From: Candidatus Binatia bacterium | GTDB taxonomy: Bacteria > Desulfobacterota > Binatia > UBA9968 > JAJDTQ01 | Length of the DNA: 64,000 bases | Direction of reading: 5' to 3' | NCBI GenBank assembly: GCA_963666515.2 | Contig: OY762897.2 | Location: forward strand, 2,176,001-2,240,000 | Shown here: one piece after another, positions 58,089 to 64,000 of the stretch | How positions within the stretch are numbered: the stretch's first letter is position 1 | How the letters are laid out: every line of letters starts with the position of its first letter | Notes under the pieces: model-generated | Seen by the model: the letters and a program-made list of their open reading frames with translations, nothing else | Database searches by the model: none | What the model was told of the DNA's origin: nothing | Made by a program: the position numbers and the translations under genes

Positions 58089-58227
58089 GCGTTACGCCTC
58101 GTCAATGAAGGCTATATCAAGATCAGAGTTTGAATTAGCCTACAATACGCCGTTCGTTTATAACAAGTTTAACCCAGTTTATCAGAATTTGATAAACTTC
58201 CTAAACTCGCTATAAATCCCTCCCGCC

Positions 58228-58938
58228 CTACTCGAACAGCTCAAGCAACGCATCCACCGCAACCCGCGTATCGGAGAAGTCCGGCAGCAGCCGGTCCGCG
58301 TCCAGCTTCCGCAACTCTTCCAGGGGATTGTAGCGGCCGGTGGCCACGAGCAGGCATTTCATGCCGTTGGTCCTGGCGGCTTCGAGGTCGCGGGGGGTGT
58401 CGCCGACGATGACGCAGTGGCGGGGCTCCACGGGGAGGTTCAGGTGGGCCTGCCACCGTTCCATGGCGATGCGGGGGAGGTCGTTGCGGTTGGCGGAGTC
58501 GCTGCCGAAGGCGCCGGGGCCGATATATTCGCCGACGCCCGCGGCCTGGAGCTTGAGGCGGGCGGTGACCTCCATGTTGCCGGTGACGACGCCGAGGCAG
58601 AGGTCCGGCAGGCGGCTCAACTCGCGCACCAGCTCGGGGACGCCGGGCAGCGCGCGTACCCGCGTGGGGCCTTCGGAGATGGCGCGGGTGTAGCTTTCCT
58701 TCAGGCGCGCGCTGAAGGTGGCCAAATCCGCGGGGCTCCATTCCACCTCGTGGCCGCCGGCGTCGAATATCTCCTGCAGGATGATCGGATCGGTCTTGCC
58801 GTCGGGGCGGATGGTGCGGATGTCGCCAGGGACGCCGAAGGTCTTGAGGATGGCCTCGTTGAAGGCGACGTGGCCCTCCTGGGACCGGAGCATTGTGCCG
58901 TCGAGGTCGAAAAAGATGATGTTGGGTGTGCTGGCCAT
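58228..58938 (-). CDS. HAD-superfamily hydrolase
   Basis: FDLDGT, VTGN, VGDTPRD motifs. Confidence 0.88.
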   Translation of the reverse strand: MASTPNIIFFDLDGTMLRSQEGHVAFNEAILKTFGVPGDIRTIRPDGKTDPIILQEIFDAGGHEVEWSPADLATFSARLKESYTRAISEGPTRVRALPGVPELVRELSRLPDLCLGVVTGNMEVTARLKLQAAGVGEYIGPGAFGSDSANRNDLPRIAMERWQAHLNLPVEPRHCVIVGDTPRDLEAARTNGMKCLLVATGRYNPLEELRKLDADRLLPDFSDTRVAVDALLELFE

Positions 58939-59007
58939 GACGGACTGGAAACTTATACGCTCGCGGCGCGCATGGGAAGGGAGGCGGCCGGCCCCACCCC
59001 TCGCCCC

Positions 59008-59036
59008 CTGGACCCCGGATCAAGTCCGGGGTGACG
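59008..59036. repeat. Variant REP-like palindrome CTGGACCCCGGATCAAGTCCGGGGTGACG
   Basis: Same CTGGA...TGACG flanks as the main repeat but a different perfect stem (CCCCGGA/TCCGGGG). Confidence 0.7.
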
Positions 59037-59092
59037 GGTTCGGCGGACCGGCCGGCGGAATTGACAAAACCGCCTGCTCCGGCTACGAAGAA

Positions 59093-59166
59093 GGTCGCAC
59101 AACTGGCGTGTACGTGGATTCAACCACGGGGGAGTGCTTTACTGCTGGACGGCCGTACGCCTGGGT
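59093..59166 (+). ncRNA. ZMP/ZTP riboswitch (pfl motif)
   Basis: GCAC-AACTGGCG...GTGG-loop-CCAC-GGGGGAG-TGC...GCCGTACGCCTGGG matches the pfl consensus with the GGCG/CGCC pseudoknot; TTGACA at 59061 upstream; precedes serine/purine genes. Confidence 0.88.
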
Positions 59167-59195
59167 CTCTGTGCCGAAGAGGTTCAGGCTTTTTT
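59159..59195 (+). terminator. Intrinsic terminator (riboswitch expression platform)
   Basis: GCCTGGGTCTCT/AGAGGTTCAGGC stem followed by TTTTTT; its 5' arm overlaps the aptamer 3' end. Confidence 0.8.
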
Positions 59196-59257
59196 GTGCG
59201 CAAAACCCGTCGAGTGAAGCAATTCATGCCGCTGTGGCGGCCATTGGATGTGACGCC

Positions 59258-60403
59258 ATGATCAAGCAATACCTCCTTTCTCCCGGGCCGACGCCCATTC
59301 CCAACGAAGTGCAGTTGGCCATGGCGCAGACCATGATCCATCACCGGACGCCGGAGTTCGCGGCGGTCCTGGAGGAGGCGCGGCAGGGTCTGAAGACGCT
59401 GTTCGGCGCGAAGAACGACGTGATCATCCTGGCCTCGTCCGGCACCGGCGCCATGGAGGCGGCGGTGACCAATCTGTTCTCGCCGGAAGACAAGGTGATC
59501 CTGGTCAACGGCGGCAAGTTCGGCGAACGCTGGCTGCGCATCTGCCGGACCTTCGGCCTCGACGTGGTGGAGATCACGGTGGAATGGGGCAAGGCCGTGG
59601 AGGTGAGCGCGGTGGAACGGGCGCTCCGGGCCCACCCCGATGCCAAGGGCGTGCTGGTCCAGGCCAGCGAGACCTCCACCACGACGCTGCACCCGGTGCG
59701 GGAGATCGCGGAACTGACGCGCGACGGGGGACCGTTGCTCCTGGTGGACGGCGTGACCGCGGTGGGGGTGCTGTCGGTGCCCATGGACGAGTGGGGCATC
59801 GACGCCCTGGTGACGGGCTCCCAGAAGGCGATGATGCTGCCGCCGGGCCTGGCCTTCATCGGCCTGAGCGACCGCGCCTGGCAACGGACCCGGGAAGCCG
59901 CATCCCCGCGCTTCTACTTCGACCTGGAGAGCGAGCGGAAGGGACAGGCCAAGGGCTCCACCGCCTACACGCCCGCGGTGTCGCTGGTGTTCGGACTGTG
60001 CGCCGCCCTCAAGCTCATGCGCGAAGAGGGGCTCGACCGGGTCTACGCGCGGCACGACCGCATGGCCCGGGCCACCCGCGCGGCGGTGACGGCCATGGGC
60101 CTCAAGCTGCTGTCGCCCGACAACCCCAGCCCCGCGGCCACGGGCCTCTACGTGCCCGATGGGACCGACGGCGACGCCTTGCTCGATTACCTGCGGGCGC
60201 GCATGGGGGTCACCCTGGCGGAGGGACAGGACCACCTGCAGGGGAAGGTCATCCGCATCGCCCACGTGGGACACATGGGCGCCTTCGACGTCATCGTGGC
60301 GGTCAGCGCGCTGGAGATGGCCTTCCGCAAGTTCGGCCTGCCGGTCACTCTCGGCCGGGCCGTGGCCGCGGCGCAGGAGATCCTGCTGGAGGCGCTGGAC
60401 TGA
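59258..60403 (+). CDS. Class V PLP aminotransferase (serine-pyruvate/alanine-glyoxylate type; probable phosphoserine aminotransferase role)
   Basis: LSPGPT, SGTGAME, SETST, TGSQKAMMLPPG motifs; directly upstream of serA. Confidence 0.85.
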   Translation: MIKQYLLSPGPTPIPNEVQLAMAQTMIHHRTPEFAAVLEEARQGLKTLFGAKNDVIILASSGTGAMEAAVTNLFSPEDKVILVNGGKFGERWLRICRTFGLDVVEITVEWGKAVEVSAVERALRAHPDAKGVLVQASETSTTTLHPVREIAELTRDGGPLLLVDGVTAVGVLSVPMDEWGIDALVTGSQKAMMLPPGLAFIGLSDRAWQRTREAASPRFYFDLESERKGQAKGSTAYTPAVSLVFGLCAALKLMREEGLDRVYARHDRMARATRAAVTAMGLKLLSPDNPSPAATGLYVPDGTDGDALLDYLRARMGVTLAEGQDHLQGKVIRIAHVGHMGAFDVIVAVSALEMAFRKFGLPVTLGRAVAAAQEILLEALD

Positions 60404-60478
60404 CCCATGAACCTGATGGACCACCGCGAGGCGCCCGTGAACGGCGCGGACGCAAGTGAGAGCAGAGGTGACAGCGAC

Positions 60479-62065
60479 ATGAAGAAGGTGCTGGTTTCGG
60501 ACCCGCTTCCGGACGTGGGGCTGGCGGTGCTGAACGATGCGGAGGACATCGCCGTCGACGTGCGCACGGGGCTCAAGCCCGAAGAGCTGAAGGAGATCAT
60601 CGGCGGTTACGACGGCTTGATCATCCGAAGCGGCACCAAGGTAACCGCGGAGGTCATCGAGGCCGCCGAAAGGCTCAGGATCGTCGGCCGCGCCGGCGTG
60701 GGCGTGGAGAACGTCGACGTGGACGCCGCCAGCAAGAAGGGCATCGTGGTGATGAACACCCCCGGCGGCAACAACGTCACCACCGGCGAGCACACCATCT
60801 CGCTGATGCTGGCGCTGGCGCGGCACATCCCCCAGGCGGTGGCCTCGCTCAAGGGCGGGAAATGGAACCGCCAGAAGTTCACCGGCGTGGAGGTGTGCAA
60901 CAAGACCCTGGGGGTCATCGGCCTGGGTAACGTGGGACGCATCGTGGCCGAGCGGGCCCTGGGCCTGCGCATGAAGGTGCTGGGATACGATCCCTTCATC
61001 CCGGCCGAGGCCGCCGCGCGCATGGGCGTGGAATCCGCAAGCCTTGACGAGATCTACCGCCGGTCGGACTTCATCACCGTCCACGTGCCGCTGATCGACG
61101 AGACCCGGGGGCTCATCGACCGCGACGCCATCGCGAAGATGAAGGACGGCGTGCGCATCATCAACTGCGCCCGCGGCGGCATCGTGGACGAGAACGACCT
61201 GGCCGAAGCCATCGAGGAGGGCAAGGTGGCGGGGGCGGCGCTGGACGTGTACGTGGACGAGCCGCCGGGGCCGGATCACCCGCTGGTGCAACTGGACCAG
61301 GTGGTGACCACCCCTCACTTGGGCGCCTCCACCGACGAGGCCCAGCTCAACGTCGCCATCGCGGTGGCCGAGCAGATCCGCGACTTCCTCGTGGACGGCG
61401 TCATCCGCTATGCGGTCAACGCTCCCAGCGTGAGCCAGGACCTGCTGCGGGAGCTGCAACCGTACCTCACCCTGGGGGAGAAGCTCGGAAGCCTCCACGT
61501 GCAGTTGCTGGGCAGGTTCCCCGAGGAGATCCAGATCGAGGGCGGCGGCGAGGTGGCGCAGTACGACATCGCCCCCATCGCCCTGGCGGTGTTGAAGGGC
61601 GTGCTGAGCTTCGCCCTGGGCGAGACCGTCAACTACGTCAACGCGCCGTTCATCGCGCAGGAGCGCGGCATCAAGGTGGTCCAGTCCAGGAGCGAAAGGA
61701 CCAGGGACTTCGCCAGCTACATCAAGGTCCGCACCCGCACCGGGGGCGAGGAAACGGAGATCGAGGGCGCGCTCTTCGGCACCAACAATCCCCGCATCGT
61801 GCGCCTCAACGAATTCTACTTCGAGGCCGTGCCCGACGGGCATATCCTGGTTTCCTACAATCACGACGTCCCCGGGGTGGTGGGAGCCATGGGCGCGCTG
61901 CTGGGCGACAACGGCATCAACATCGCCGGGCTGGAGCTGGGGCGGGAGAAGGCCGGCGGACGCGCCATCTCCTTCATCCGCGTGGACAACGCCGTGCCCA
62001 GGGACGTGCTGGACAAGTTCAGGGCCTTGCCTCAAGTCATATCCACCACCGCGGTGAGGCTCTAG
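60479..62065 (+). CDS. serA: D-3-phosphoglycerate dehydrogenase
   Basis: GRAGVGVENVD, GLGNVG, NCARGG, PHLGAST motifs; C-terminal ACT domain. Confidence 0.95.
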   Translation: MKKVLVSDPLPDVGLAVLNDAEDIAVDVRTGLKPEELKEIIGGYDGLIIRSGTKVTAEVIEAAERLRIVGRAGVGVENVDVDAASKKGIVVMNTPGGNNVTTGEHTISLMLALARHIPQAVASLKGGKWNRQKFTGVEVCNKTLGVIGLGNVGRIVAERALGLRMKVLGYDPFIPAEAAARMGVESASLDEIYRRSDFITVHVPLIDETRGLIDRDAIAKMKDGVRIINCARGGIVDENDLAEAIEEGKVAGAALDVYVDEPPGPDHPLVQLDQVVTTPHLGASTDEAQLNVAIAVAEQIRDFLVDGVIRYAVNAPSVSQDLLRELQPYLTLGEKLGSLHVQLLGRFPEEIQIEGGGEVAQYDIAPIALAVLKGVLSFALGETVNYVNAPFIAQERGIKVVQSRSERTRDFASYIKVRTRTGGEETEIEGALFGTNNPRIVRLNEFYFEAVPDGHILVSYNHDVPGVVGAMGALLGDNGINIAGLELGREKAGGRAISFIRVDNAVPRDVLDKFRALPQVISTTAVRL

Positions 62066-63427
<1,362 letters not shown>

Positions 63428-63468
63428 GAGTGCGGTTCAAAGCCCTGTCCCTCTGGGAGAGGGTTCCC

Positions 63469-64000
63469 TCACCGCGCGGCGCCCGCCTTCCTCGGGTCCG
63501 AAGCTCCGGTGATGCGCTTGCCCTCGACCCGGATGGCTTGCACCGCGCCCAACCGGCGTCTCTCCCGAACCGTGTGCCCCTTGCCTTCGAGGGCCTCTAC
63601 CGCCTCGCCGCCGACCGCGGGCTCCACTTCCACGGTCCGCGGCTCGTCCGCGGGGACATGGATGCGCGGCGCGGCCAGGGCCGCGGCCAGGGGCATGCGG
63701 AAATCCACGACGTTGAGAATGGACTGAAGCACCGCTCCGGTGATCCGCGAACCCCCGGAAGCGCCGATGATGAGCACCGGCCGGCCCTCCTCGAGCAGGA
63801 TGGCCGGGGTCATGCCGTTCACCGGCCGCTTGCGCGGCTTGAGCACGTTGGGCGCGTCCTCCCCGGGCGCCCCGGAACCGTCGCCGCGCGAGAAGTCCCG
63901 CATCCGGTTGTTGAGGATGACGCCGGTCTCCCGCACCAGCACCCTGGCGCCGAAGGGACTGCCCAGGGCGACGCTCATGGAGACCGCGTTGCCGTCGCCG
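63469..64000 (-). CDS. ggt: Gamma-glutamyltransferase family protein (partial, C-terminus)
   Basis: GVILNN.M.DF, PRKRP..MTP, GASGGSRI, GASDPRK motifs; runs off the window end. Confidence 0.8.
   Translation of the reverse strand, partial: GDGNAVSMSVALGSPFGARVLVRETGVILNNRMRDFSRGDGSGAPGEDAPNVLKPRKRPVNGMTPAILLEEGRPVLIIGASGGSRITGAVLQSILNVVDFRMPLAAALAAPRIHVPADEPRTVEVEPAVGGEAVEALEGKGHTVRERRRLGAVQAIRVEGKRITGASDPRKAGAAR

Noticed and set aside
63443-63463. Short imperfect palindrome CCCTGTCCCTCTGGGAGAGGG after purA
   Set aside because: Single degenerate copy; may be a terminator or repeat remnant but is not supportable as a feature.

Overview
High-GC bacterial chromosomal window. Most of it is catabolic and housekeeping genes: cupins, a hydantoinase/oxoprolinase pair, amidohydrolases, a cofactor-maturation cluster, and a ZTP-riboswitch-led aminotransferase-serA-purA operon. 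Two accessory regions interrupt these genes. The main one is a ~23 kb, single-strand (-) defence island (9821-32661). Its scaffold is a DUF499 ATPase / DUF1156 adenine methylase / HTH-SNF2-DUF3883 helicase-nuclease 'restriction-like' system. The gaps between those core genes are filled with cargo: a complete SIR2-APAZ + short Argonaute (SPARSA-type) pair, four ABC/AAA_21-type ATPases (three with small TOPRIM-like partners, one pair MAD3/MAD4-like), MNT-HEPN and Phd-PIN toxin-antitoxin pairs, and orphan gene tails (an Avs2-like C-terminus and a duplicated HEPN tail). A second ~3.8 kb islet (ATPase-PD-(D/E)XK, ATPase + PIN) is bracketed by a diverged duplicate of the 3' end of the neighbouring hydrolase gene. 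I saw no integrase, transposase, CRISPR array, tRNA or rRNA. Family assignments come from motif recognition by eye, not database searches.
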